Shown here piece by piece: positions 40,061 to 51,962 of a DNA stretch of 64,000 bases. Where the stretch lies: contig JANJGN010000152.1 in the NCBI GenBank assembly GCA_026770705.1, positions 682,001 to 746,000 of the forward strand, in the 5' to 3' direction. Position 1 is the stretch's first letter, and each line of letters begins with the position of its first letter. Source of the stretch: Isurus oxyrinchus (Eukaryota). The notes below the pieces were generated by a model. It was not told the origin of the DNA. It worked only from the letters and a program-made list of their open reading frames with translations, and did no database searches. A program made the position numbers and the translations under genes.

Positions 40061-40877
40061 AGTTTCTAATTGTTATTATTTCACATGTTATCATCCTCGT
40101 CAAAGGCTCCTTGGTGCATTAGCACACTTGCTCCTTTCCATTCCTCCCTCCTCACTGTGGTTGGGCAGTAGTTCGAAATTCTCTCTTGTTTCTGTTCAAA
40201 GCCCGTTTTTATCGGGAACTTGAAACTCTTCCAGGTGCAGCAAAGCATCGAGCCCAGCCCAGATAGAGAATCTCAAATCGCCATGAGTATAGCAACAGCA
40301 CCCCTGCACTGTCAGGTGGATAACCATAAGGGCATTAGAATAATTACATTTACAGTCTTGGTAACGATGTTTAAAACTGGTCCCCATATTTCTTTCTCCA
40401 CACCGAGGCGATTAATCCACTTCCTATAAATACGTTGGTCCTGATTCTACAAAAGAGGAAGAAACATCCCAACGCTAATGCATCAAGTCACTCGGAAGCC
40501 AGAATCCCACCATGCAATCTCTGCGCCCTGATTTAACTACCTCCTTCCTCTCCGTGGGCAAAGTAGTGTCGCTAAAGCCACTTTGTGGTCGTTTTTCTTC
40601 CTGTAGGATTCAGAACAGCATATTCTGTCTGCGCTCCTACTAGATGAAAGAGAAATGGTGGTTGACAGAATTATCTAGACAATCCACCACTCAGCTATTA
40701 GTTTTCAAACAGCGGAAACATTAGGGCTGTATGCAGATTGCCTTATAGAAATTTTCAAAGTCGATGGGGCATTCGAACTTGAGGGAAGAAAGGGTCACAG
40801 GATTTCGGACCATCCGTTATTTTTCCTTCTGAACACAAAGAGGGTTATGGTGTGACGAAGGGATTGATAAGTAATGT

Positions 40878-41235
40878 GGGATGGATGGGCGGATGGATGG
40901 GTGGTCGGATGCACACATGGGCCGAAGAATGGACAGAAGAATGGATAGATGGATGGATGGATGGATGCACAGAGGAATGGATAGATGGATGGATGGATAG
41001 ATGGATGGACGGAGGAATGGATGGCTCGATGGATCGATGGATGATGGGTGCATGTATAGACGGACGGACTGATGGACAGATGGATGGATGTTTGGATGGG
41101 TGGATACATGGATGGATGGATAGATGTATGGACGGATAAATGGATGTACCAAGGGATGGGGGGGACGGGTGGATGAATGGACAGATGGATGAACGGACGA
41201 ATGGACGGGGGGATGGTCTGATGCATGAATGGATG
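40878..41235. repeat. Degenerate (GGAT)n tetranucleotide repeat
   Basis: Long atggatggatgg tract; source of spurious ORFs. Confidence 0.9.
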
Positions 41236-43029
41236 TCTGCACCCCTAGATGTAACCAGAATCATGTCCGTAGTTCTTCTCCTACTCTTCAGCCCATCGGC
41301 CAAAAGGCAATTCAATACCCCAAGGGAGTCAAACCAAATATTGGCGCTGGATTTCTTCTTTGGGACAGTGCACTATGATTAAACTAAAAATCTGGCATGG
41401 TTTGAATTTTGCTTGGTATTGCTCTCACTATGAGCTGCAGGAAAAAACAATTTTATCCCTGACATTTTTCTTCACTCCCAGGTGAATTCTGACGTTTGAC
41501 CGACTGAAGTATGGAGCGTGCTGATTTGTGGCCTGTAACCGCAATGAATAGAAGATTACTATAGTGGCCATTCTACTAAACTATTAAATCAGTGGCCTTG
41601 TGCGTATATTTCAGGGACATACAAACAAACGAATCAGGAGCAGAAACAGGCTATTCGGCCCCTCTACCTTTTTCGCTATTCAATAAGATCATGGCTGATC
41701 TGATTGTGGCCTCAATTCCACATTCCCACCTGCCTCTGATAACATTTGACTCCCATGGTGCAGAACCCGTTTTTGGGCTGGATCAAATGGAAGAATCTGT
41801 CTCCTTAACACCAGTCTGTAGATCTCCAGGGCATCAAACGGATATCCCAATGCAGTTCCCCAATTTTATATCTCACCAACATCGGGAACTTTTGGTTCCA
41901 TGTGAATTTCCCATTCATCACGTTTTATCTTGCACTGAATGGAATGCAAATTTTGCAGCTTATTGGTACATATCTAACCATTGTATATCACTAAAACCTT
42001 ATCATGCTCATTTAGAGCTGCACATAATGACAGAAACTTGGAATTTGTCCATTGTTCATTTACAGGCAGGTAGCTACTTGTGTGTTCAGCTGTATGTTTG
42101 TTCCATTGGTATACGGCTCGGTACAATGCCTGACTCTCAAGTTAACAGTGGTTTCAAAATACCTTCCAGATTTCCGGATTTAGGGTTGGCACTCCAGTCC
42201 CTCCTACGCCCAGGTCCTTTTTATTTATTCATTCAAAGGATTTAGGCGACGTTGGAGCACCAGCATTTATTGTCTATCACTAATTGCCTTTCAGAGGGGG
42301 TAGCGAGCTGCCACTTACCGGTTGAGTGGTTTTCTGGGTTATTTACGAAGGCAGTTAATGTTCAACCACATTGTTGTGGATCTGGAATCATATCTCGGCC
42401 AGCATCGATTTCCTTCCCTGAAGGACGGTAGTGAACTGGGTAGAGTTTATTGCGATGATCTGGTAGTTAGCTGATCGCTATTTCTGGTAAGACAACTTTA
42501 TTCCAGAGTTATAGTAATTACCTCCATTGAAATTAATTAGTAAAATTCATGTCGTTGGCTCAGGCCTCTGGATCATTAAACCAGTGATGTCAGCATGAGC
42601 TTCCGTTCGCAGAACATAACCTGGTTCCCATGAAAGGTCTATGTTAAATTGTAAATTCGTTTGCTCAGCCTCAAAGATGTTTCTGCAAACACGTCGGATC
42701 TCGGTTATCTACCGGGATTTTTGTCATGTATGAAACAACACAACAGCATTTCCTTCCTCACTCAACCAGCTCTGGCCAGAGAAAAATGCTTCAGAACACA
42801 GGGCAGCGAAACCATTAGAACAAAGCAGCGGCACCTCAACAGGAGACGCTCCAAGAAGTAAATATTCACCTGGTTTTCTCATGAAAGCAATAAAGAACTG
42901 AAACATAACGACTTATGTTAACTTACTCGGTAAGTATAATGATTGACTTTGTAATTTTAAAAAAATGACACCAGTGATTCTTTAGATCAGATCTCCACAT
43001 TGATTTTTAGACTGCATTTAGTTCATAAC

Positions 43030-43940
43030 TTCACAGAACCATATAACCATCGGGAAGTTACAGCGCACTAGGAGGCCATTCGGCTCATCTTATCCATGCC
43101 AGCCCGAGGACACCTAGGTACTCGTTCTAATCCCACCTTCCTGCACCGGGCTAATAGCCCTGCAGTTTACAGCACTTAAGCTGCAGATCCAGGTATTTTT
43201 TAAAAGAGTTTAAAGTTTCTGCCTCTGCCACCAACTTGGGCAGCTAATTCCAGACAGTCACTACCCTCTGCGTAATAAAGTTCTTCCTTATGTACCCCCT
43301 AAACCTTCTGCCACTTATCTTGAATCTATGTCCTCTGGTTCTGGAATTCTCCATCAAGGGAAACAATTTTATACTGTTCACTCTATCTATTCCCCTCATA
43401 ATTTTGTACACCTCAATCAAGTCACCTCTCAGCCTTCTTTATTCTAAGTAAAATAACCCCAACATATCCAATCTCTCCTCGTAGCTACTCTTTCCTAACC
43501 CTGGCAACATTCTTGTAAACCTCCTCTGCACTCTTTCTAGAGTTATTACGCCCTTCCTGTAATGTAGCGACCAGAACTGCACGCAATACTCCAGTTGTGG
43601 CCTCGCCAGTGTTTTATACAATTCCAACATTATATCCTTACTTTTATATTCTATACCTCTGCCAGTGAAGGAGAGCCTGCCAAATGCCTTCTTTACAACC
43701 TTGTCTACTTGAACTGCTGCCTTCAGGGACCTGTGAACTTGCACGCCAAGATCTCTCGTTCCACCTACCCTTCTTATTATATTCCCATTCATGTCGTAAT
43801 CCCTTTAACCCTTTGACCTCTCTAAATGTATGCCCTCACACTTCTTTCTGTTAAAATCCATCTGTTATTTTACCGCCCACTCCACCAACCCATCTATATC
43901 GTTTTGGAGATTATGGTTATCCTCCACACTATCCATTAGA
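43030..43940 (-). mobile_element. CR1 LINE 3' fragment
   Basis: RDLGVQVHRSLK...LYKTLARPQLEYCVQFWS...LERVQRRFTRMLPGL..SYEERL. Confidence 0.92.
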
Positions 43941-44731
43941 CCCCTCTAACCTGCTTCGTCATTCAATAAGATCATGGCTAACCTGATCATGGCCACAGCT
44001 CCACATTCCCACCTACACCCGATATCCTTTTACTTCCATGGGGCAGGAACCGTTTTTAGGCTGGATCGAATGATCTAACAGTTTTCCACTTGGTCTAATT
44101 TCTACTTCTCTGATGTCAATGGGACAGAGGACTGTATCGAGTGTAAAACTGATAGCCAGCTTGCTTAACAGCTCAAGGCTAATTTCACCCCTCAACCATT
44201 TCAGGCAGGTGAATCTTAACTTCAGGCGGAAATATGAAATGGCTGATAATGAACCTGCAGCTCATTCACATCTCTCCAGAATTGTAAATCACCTGAAAAC
44301 AATGGAGCCATAATTCAAGGCAGATATAACACTGGCTATTGCAATTTTTAGACTAACACAAAATGAAAATCTACCCAAAGTTGGTATCGTTGGAAATGTA
44401 TTGTCAGGATCTTCACTTGTATAAGAATAGCCTTGAACTATTGGTTTCGAAAAGGTTACCAGAATATTACTTTTTAGAAATCAATCTAGCGACCTGAGCA
44501 GCCTCGGCATTGTGTAAAGGAATAGATGCAGTGTTTTGGGTGTTTCAGAGACTTAATTCTTGAGTTTAAAACAAAGAAATATTAAAACGATGGAAAGTTT
44601 GTATACTTCTGATCAAATGAGTTTAAAGAAATGCCTGAAGATGACTATATCACTCTCCTTAATTTTCATTGACAAAACCAGCTTCATAAAACAATGATTT
44701 GTCCAATTGATGGTTCAGCCCAAAGACTTAC

Positions 44732-44801
44732 CTGGAACTCCAATAGCAGCAAGAATTGGGTAGTAAGTGGCATAAACTACATCAGAAACGCGGCCGTGCA
44801 T
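44732..44801 (-). CDS. Isolated first coding exon of a GPR139-like GPCR (orphan or alternative exon 1)
   Basis: ATG...MHGRVSDVVYATYYPILAAIGVP G|gtaagt; 70 nt, phase 1, same length as and homologous to the exon at 6246-6315; TATA-like tataaata about 80 bp upstream. Confidence 0.8.
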
Positions 44802-45281
44802 TTTCTATGAGAAGAGATGTTCTCTGCCGGTGACAGTTGATGACAGAGATTCTCTGTGATAAGCTCAAAAAGACCCTTATTTATACTGTTGGAATTCTAC
44901 AGACAATTAGCTTCCATAATTATTTACAGTTACCCGAACAAATAGATTTAGCAATTATTGTCCATGTTATTTTTGGGAGGTGGTAGAATGTTGGGAGACA
45001 CTTGGGAGACGATTATCGAGTCTTGGTACTTCATGCAGCCCAGTGCAGTTTTGAATGTAACTTGTTAGTGCTTGCGCAGACCTAAAGTACGTTTAGTCAT
45101 GTGGAACGATCATTTATGGGAGACACTGAAAGAAACATTGATAGCCATTAGGCCGAAGCCAACATAGCTCAGTGACATGAGAGCAGGTAAGAATCAGAAT
45201 GACAGTGAGAGTCAAATGCTGCCGAATGTACTGACATGATAGAAGTTAGACTCACACACAACACATAAGGTCCCCAGAAAT

Positions 45282-45410
45282 TGCAACTTATACCCACACA
45301 ATGCAAGTTATATCCACACAATGCAAGTTATGCCAGCAGTAGCCAATGAGTATCCACACAACACAAAGTGTAATCTCACAATAACAACGTGCATTTACAC
45401 ACGTTTAACA
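45282..45410 (+). repeat. ~20-bp degenerate tandem repeat (tatccacacaatgcaagtta)
   Basis: About 6 diverging units. Confidence 0.6.
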
Positions 45411-46179
45411 TGTATTATAAAATTTTAAAATATGTCAAATGTTACAAAGCGCCTCACACGGGGACAATAAAACAAAATTGGGATTAAGTCACATAAGGAA
45501 ATATTAGGATATTTTTGTACCAGTCCTAGGCTCCTTGATTATGATGCTAGGCTTTTTCTCTGTGAATGTTTTAATGGGTCCCCATTATTTTCCACTTCCT
45601 CTTTGGTATTAAACTAGGCTCTGTCTCTGTTAGCATTCACCAGGCCCTAATTATTGTTGTATTCTCAAGTCCATATGCTGTGCTTTAAGAGGATACAGCG
45701 ATAAACAAGATCCAGATTGTGTTTATTACAGCAACATTGCATTGAACTGATGGCATCTACTCCTCGAAAACTACTGTTTCTACATTACGTGTTGACTGTA
45801 CGAAATCGTTTTTAGTTATTAAAAATAAACAATTGATATTCAACCACTGAATCAATGCATTAAAAAATGTCACTTTCTTCCGATCCATATTTCAACCACT
45901 AATCATCCCTCCTAAATACTAAAACTTAGCCAAACAGCTCGAGCGGTGCAGAACCCCTTTAAGAACTGCGGTTTTACCCCTCTTCCAAGTTCGGGGTCAA
46001 AAGTTACACAATTGACCATCTGGGTGTTTTATTGCTGGGCGGAGCCTGAATGTGACCTCCTGACCCCGCATCAATGGGAGAAAGAGCCAATCACCGTGCT
46101 GTTATCCTGCTGACAATATTTTGCCCTGAGCCATTGAAAACAGGAGGCCAGGTTTCTGTGACACACAGTCGGCCCTGTA

Positions 46180-46180
46180 T

Positions 46181-46240
<60 letters not shown>

Positions 46241-46241
46241 G
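46180..46241 (+). repeat. (TG)n microsatellite
   Basis: TG run. Confidence 0.95.
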
Positions 46242-46529
46242 ATGCAGCAGGCTGTGCATATCCGACGTGTATGCGGGTAAAAAGGCTCTATTTATACGAA
46301 AAGTGACTTCAATATTAACATTCAGTCATAATGGACAAAAGTGGTGGTTTGTACAGCCGCGAATGTACGGACAATTCTCGCAGAATGCCGCCTGCACTCC
46401 CTGTGCCACAGAGAGGGAGCTTTCCCAGCTGCATTGAATTATTGGAGCCGCTGCCTTCCACGGCCCATTCAGCGAGGAAGGGAATAGAAAACTAACCTCC
46501 TGTTCTTCTTCTCTACCCTTCCACCCATA

Positions 46530-46880
46530 GAAACTGTTGATTTTGATCCACTCTACCCAGGCCCACATGATTTTAAGCACCTCTATCAGATCTATCCTGA
46601 ACTTTCCATTCTCCATGGAGATCAAGCCCAATTTCCCCAATCTATCCAATTAACTGAAGTTCTGCATCCCTGGGATGATTCTGGTAAACTTATCTGCGCC
46701 TTTTCTAAACCATTCACATCCCTCCTAAAGTGCGATGCTTGGAAGTGGACACAATGTTCCAGTTAAGGGGGAACCAGTGCTTTCCAAGGGAACAGTAGTA
46801 TTCCCTTGCTTTTAGACTCTATGCCTCTGTTATGATGTTGATAATCTCGGATGTTTTAGCACCACTTTCTCAGGCTGTCA
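46530..46880 (-). mobile_element. CR1 LINE fragment
   Basis: DRLGKLGLISMENGKFRIDLIEVLKIM. Confidence 0.7.
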
Positions 46881-47202
46881 GGCTTCAACCATTTATGCCC
46901 AAAAAGTGCATATGGCTTGTTGAAGAATGGATAATTGAATGAATTATTTTGGCGGGAGTACTGTAGGCGGCTCGAAGTATAAAAATATTAAAGGCTCTGC
47001 AGAGCCATAAAGAACGTGCGAACTTGATGTGTTTAACGATTTTATTCTGTGACACAAAATTGTAAGGTGAATTGAAAATACTTTCGTAGAGTGATTGCCT
47101 CCCCCTACCCCCTTCTGTGTGTGTGTGCATTTGCGTGTGTGTGTCTGTGTGTGTGTGTATACGTGTGTGTGTATGCTCCTTTCAACTTAAACCCGAAAAT
47201 GG

Positions 47203-47427
47203 ACAATTATTTTAACTCTTTCTGTGCTTTGTATCACTGTGTCTGTAATCCCACCATGTTCAGGTTTTTGTATAGCTCTCTCAGGGCTCTGTGTCACTGT
47301 GTGTCTGTAATTCCAACATGTTCATGTTTTTTGTACAGCTCTTTCCGTGCTCTGCATCACTGAGTATCTCTAATCCCCACTATGTTGAGGTTTTTGTACA
47401 GCTCCCTCCGTGTTCTATATCACTGTG
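47203..47427 (-). other. Tandem array of four 23-spacer RSS units (60-63 bp period) downstream of the supporting V
   Basis: Heptamers at 47421 (cacagtg), 47358 (ctcagtg), 47295 (cacagtg), 47235 (cacagtg); nonamers exactly 23 bp away at 47389 (acaaaaacc), 47326 (acaaaaaac), 47263 (acaaaaacc); fourth nonamer decayed. Confidence 0.93.
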
Positions 47428-47727
47428 CTGTGCACCGACTCAGTTCACAGTAATAAACAGCGGAGTCGCTTAGTTGTAGTTTGGAGATCGTTAACCAGCT
47501 GATTTTCTCGTTAGAATCGATAGAAGCAAAAATTCTCCCCCCGGCAGCGTTTTCTTTATTCTCCTCTCCTGAAGTGCATCTCTGAAGAAGATATTCAGGA
47601 GCCTGTCCTGGGGACTGACGGTACCAGTGTACTGTGCAGAACCCTGAATATTCACAGTTTAAAGTAACGGCGTCACCGACAGCAGATGTTTGTAGAGGCA
47701 AAATCCAGGAAATTATGGAACTGGAAT
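47428..47727 (-). CDS. Leaderless NAR-TCR supporting TCR-delta V segment, ORF intact
   Basis: Acceptor ttctacag|; (D)SSSIISWILPLQTSAVGDAVTLNCEYSGFCTVHWYRQSPGQAPEYLL...DSAVYYCELSR; extra CDR1 Cys; perfect 23-RSS; no leader seen between it and the NAR J; phase matches the J donor. Confidence 0.92.
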
Positions 47728-49204
47728 CTGTAGAATAAGAAAATGAACACTATCTTTTTGTTCAGCCACTGTTTATCCAGGAGAATCTGTCAATCGCGCG
47801 AATAGCTCTGTTTTTTGCAGTAATTTAATTTGCTGGAAGCCTATTTGAACCATGTTCACTGTTATGAAAATATGACTAAATGGGGGATGAGGTGATGTTT
47901 TATTTTACGTCGCGAGTTCTTCCGATCAGGACTGCACTGCCTGAATTGGTGTAGGGGATAGATTCAGTAGTGACTTTCAAACGGATAATGGGTCTGTATT
48001 GGAAATGCAAATAAAAATATAGAGCTCTAGAGTAAATTCATGGGCGGTGGGAACATTTGTATTGCACTTTTAAAGGGTCAGCGCCAACACAATTGGCCGA
48101 ATATCATCCTTCCGTGCTGGATAATTCTATGAATTATATTACATTCCTGTTTCTATTTTCCTTGGTGAGAAACAAACACGAGGGAGTATTTTATGTTCAG
48201 GGAGGCAACCAGTTTCCAAAAAAACCATGTTTGTCAGAGAGGGACACAGCTGTGTGGCATCACTGCGCATAGCAAAATCCAACATAAACTGATGGGGTTC
48301 ATCAGCACTGATTGGGCCAAATCAAGAGTGAGCATCTCTCGTGGTGAAAGGTCAATCACTTACTGCGGTTTATAACTGCTCAGGAATTTCTATCTGCCTT
48401 TTGCTCTATTTCATTATGCTCTGTCAATAGGGTCCTATTTTCTCCAGTTCAGCTTAATATCAAATAGGTGCAATTAATTTCATTTTATTTCTTTAATTTC
48501 ACATTCCCTTTATTTCACATTTATTATATGCTGTTGCCTTTTTTGCAACCGTGGGAACTTGTCCCAATCTCTCTCAGTTGTCGGCTGGGTTTAGTTTATT
48601 CAGTTTCCGCAGTGGTTTTACTGTTACTCACTGGGAACTGCCTCTTCCGGCTCTCTGACAATTTCAATTCTTTCCGCAAGTTAACTGATTGTCTGCCGGG
48701 TTCACTGGATGGAGTTTTCTCTCAATTTTACATTATCGAGAAAGAAGAATGAGGAAGAGGAATGGGCCATTCAGCCTGTGTATATAATCAATTCCCGCTT
48801 GACCCTACCAGAAATCTAATTGACCATTTACATCCAGCTCCCTGTGTTGGTCTGTTCCATTCTCCCTCCTCTATTTTCAAGTGTGCCAATAAATATATCA
48901 ATACTACCTCCAACCTCTCCCTGCGGCAGCAAGTTCCACATTCTGACCTGCCTTTATTTAAATTCATTTGTCTTAAATGTTTGAACTGTTCTGTTAGCTA
49001 CTGTCATGTGTTGACAGCTGTTACTTTAGACTCAACTTGTCCAGGTTAAACCCGTTCAATATTGAAAGATTTATATGGATTCTCCTTGTGGTTCTGTATT
49101 CCAGAAAAAAGAGACCCAGCCTGTTCAATCTTCCCAGAGAGATGTGGATTGTTGATGATTGTTTCTTCCCTCAGGAGTGTAAGAAACCAAAGCAGAGAAT
49201 CCAA

Positions 49205-49750
49205 TCAATAGAAGCAGGAGCCACCATATCACCTTTCAAACCTGCTCAGCCATTCAGTAATATCCTGGCTGATTTACAACCGCAACGTCACATTCCCGCA
49301 CTCTCCCCATATCCCTGATCTCTTTAGTGTCCGAAAACCTATCGAATGTTGTCTAGAATGCATACAGATTATGAACACCCACCGCTCTCTGAGTTACAGA
49401 ATGCCACAGATTAACAACAGTGGTTCTATTGAAGATTTATTTTCCTTCTCAGTTCTAATCGATGACTCTTTATTCTGAAGCTGTGACCCCGAGTTATATA
49501 CTCCTCAGTCTGGGGAGACACTGACCCAGAATCTGCCCTATCAAGTCCCTTCAGAATATTATATGTTTTCATGAGATCACCTCTCATTCTTCTAAACTCT
49601 AAGAAATATAGGCCGAGACGACTAAATCTCATCCCATTGGGCAATCCCTTCATCTCACGAATCAGTCTGATGAATCTTTGTTGCACTCATTCCAATGACG
49701 ATTGATCTCCCTTCTGTAAGGGGACCAAAACTTTACACAGCATTCCGGAC
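49205..49750 (-). mobile_element. CR1 LINE 3' fragment in the J-to-supporting-V intron
   Basis: QQRFIRLIREMKGL...LEFRRMRGDLMKTYNILKGLDR. Confidence 0.85.
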
Positions 49751-50664
49751 TGGAGTCTATTTCAGTCCTTCCCTCCATAAACCTCACCTACCACCGAGTC
49801 GGAAATTACTTTGAAAATCGCCCAGAAATCGTCCAATCGTTCTCTCCCTTTCGATTATTTTTTTCTTGCTGGTTCTAAATGAGCATTCTCCTTGTTTATA
49901 ATTGTTTCCTTATGTCCCTTTTCTCCTTTATAAGATTAATACATCATCCTCACCTTCTCACTGCACTGTGCTGTTTCAATTCACAGGAATCAGAGATACA
50001 GATAAATTACAGCAATCCCATATCTCAAACATCTACATTCAATATAGAGAAGTGTCTGCATTTCCAAACTTTCACATTTCATTTTGAGGACGGAAAAGGA
50101 GGAAAGTGATTGGTTCTATAAAGGCAATTGAAAGAAATGGCACAGACAATGTCACTAATTTTCGTGACTGATTGTCCAAATATAGAATTCAACCTGGACC
50201 CACATCAGGATCTCATATATCTGAGGCCCCTTGTGTCACTCTCCCGTTTTTCTTCCGGGTCAGGTCTGGAACGAGCCGCTGCAGGTATCCGAACTGGCCG
50301 CAGTTGTATTGAGTTTATTAACCCGGTACCTCATTCACATTGTGCGGCTCAGACAGCAATCTGCTGCCCAGGAGAGAGCTCTGGGACCTCGCTCCAGGGC
50401 TCTAAGGGACAGATAGATCTGCCTCGGTCACAGTTAACACCGGGTGTGTAGTCCCGAGTGTTGACAATCTGCGCTCATTAAAAGCGATTCAGAGTGTGAG
50501 AGTCCGTGGTGTGGATGGTGTCCCCGATGTGCCCGTTGAACTAATAATGGTCCAGATTCCGTCAACTCTAACATCTCCCCCAAACACCACTGATATCAAT
50601 AATAAACTGACGGTGAACATTACCCGAGACAGGCTGTAACCCGGCGGAGTATGGAGTCACTTAC

Positions 50665-50750
50665 CGGCTGTAACAGTCAACACTGTCCCGGATCCATCCA
50701 CATAATATTTCCACAGTGACTCCGCTCTCAGTGTCCCCGGTACAACAACC
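50665..50750 (-). CDS. NAR-TCR J segment (coding 50665-50711) with 23-RSS
   Basis: KYYVDGSGTVLTVTA|gtaagt; heptamer cacagtg 50712-50718, 23-bp spacer, nonamer acaacaacc 50742-50750. Confidence 0.93.
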
Positions 50751-51056
50751 ACCGACACCTTAACCTGCCGGGAAATCATCATCAGACAGTAGAAACTGCC
50801 CAATTATTCAACTGATTTAAATAAATAAACAATTTTCAAAGTCTCTGTCGGTTCAAACTCTTCTTTTTAAGGCACTGAGCTCAGAGTAAATGGTCCGGGA
50901 ACGAGATAATACCTTCACAAAAACCGAGCAGAACAACAAAGAACGATAACTGAATAATGGAAATTACAATGAATTGTAATCAGATTCCAGAGATAATAAC
51001 ATCAACCTGACACTTCACTATCCGGGCGCGGAGAATTTATATTGTGATTGGGCAGA

Positions 51057-51131
51057 GGTATTTGTTAAGGTCTCTCCCACTGTGATTCCAGGTACCCCAT
51101 CCACATAGTGTTACAAGTCAGTATAAAATCC
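51057..51131 (-). other. NAR-TCR D segment (51085-51103) flanked by 12-RSS on both sides
   Basis: D = tggatggggtacctggaat, open in all three frames (WMGYLE/GWGTWN/DGVPG); J-side cacagtg-12-acaaatacc; V-side catagtg-12-ataaaatcc (heptamer position 3 mutated). Confidence 0.88.
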
Positions 51132-51428
51132 CTCAGGTACTTGCGAAGATTTGGGGACATCATAAACAGCGGGGGCAGCGGTTCCCGGTTCCAGCTGTTA
51201 GACCAGGATCACATCTGGCGTTAGGGGTTTCTAACTGGGATCAATCATTCCCAATCCCCATTCACTGACACCAATCCCGGGAAAGACATCACCATCCACA
51301 CACACTCAAGATGTTAACGGCAATAATCCAGTCTCATTATAAAATAGACGGTGTGACGCGGAACTGTGGGGGTTTAACTGCAGATTAACTCCGCTCTTTC
51401 ATTTGTTTCTGTGATAATCTACAGTGAG

Positions 51429-51945
51429 AGTTTTTGTATCGCGGGAAGCTGAGACCCATCACTGTGTATCTGTAATACCGGTACTAAGCTTTACAGTAAT
51501 AGGTGGCGGTGTCTTCAACTCTCAATTCCTGAATTTCCAGCGAAAATGTCTTTTGTGCTTTATTCACCGACACAACAAATCTCCCCCCACTGGAGATCCG
51601 CTCCCGCTCTGTCCCGGTCTGGGTTTGTCTGAAGAAATATCCCGTTTGGAAATAATCCCGCGAAGCACCGGAGAAAACACAGGTGATGGTGAGAGACTGA
51701 CACTCCTTCCTGGTCACCGCTGCAGGGGTCTGTGTCACTGACTGACTGAAAAAGCCTGGAAATTAAACAGAGAGACTTTAATGGACCATCAGAGAACCAC
51801 AGTGCGGGGTTAAACCCCAGACAGTGTCTGTAGTTGGGATGGACTCGAGCAGCTTTATATTAAATCCACACAATGTCGGTTTGTTTGATCGCTACTCACG
51901 GGGTAAACAGATACACAGCGTGAAAACAAGAAGGACATCGTTCTT
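51429..51945 (-). pseudogene. NAR-TCR V segment (IgNAR-like); leader 51900-51945, V exon 51467-51755, 22-RSS 51429-51466; apparently inactivated
   Basis: FFSQSVTQTPAAVTRKECQSLTITCVFSGASRDYFQTGYFFRQTQTGTERERISSGGRFVVSVNKAQKTFSLEIQELRVEDTATYYCKA*: CDR2-deleted NAR fold with FR1 Cys; leader (K)NDVLLVFTLCICLP|gtgagt has AAG where ATG is expected; RSS cacagtg-22-acaaaaact. Confidence 0.92.
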
Positions 51946-51962
51946 CTGCCTGGAGCTGAGGG

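Noticed and set aside
40235-40540. Possible V relic (LHCQV...SW*R...LCAL)
   Set aside because: Motifs too weak and no RSS.
40795-41382. HPSI/MDGW-rich ORFs
   Set aside because: Translations of a (GGAT)n repeat.
41592-42245. 217-aa ORF
   Set aside because: Begins in an antisense CR1 3' UTR, no domain signature, no GPCR or Ig motifs.
47203-47427. CRISPR-like or RAG/Transib-transposon reading of the RSS array
   Set aside because: Vertebrate DNA, whole units are homologous (no unique spacers), all RSS face one way, and there is no transposase or TSD.
50917-50925. Perfect nonamer acaaaaacc between D and J
   Set aside because: No heptamer at 12 or 23 bp, so no second D or J is supported.
51429-51945. 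Bona fide IgNAR cluster
   Set aside because: Only one D and no constant exons; the J is followed by a TCR-type V, which fits NAR-TCR.
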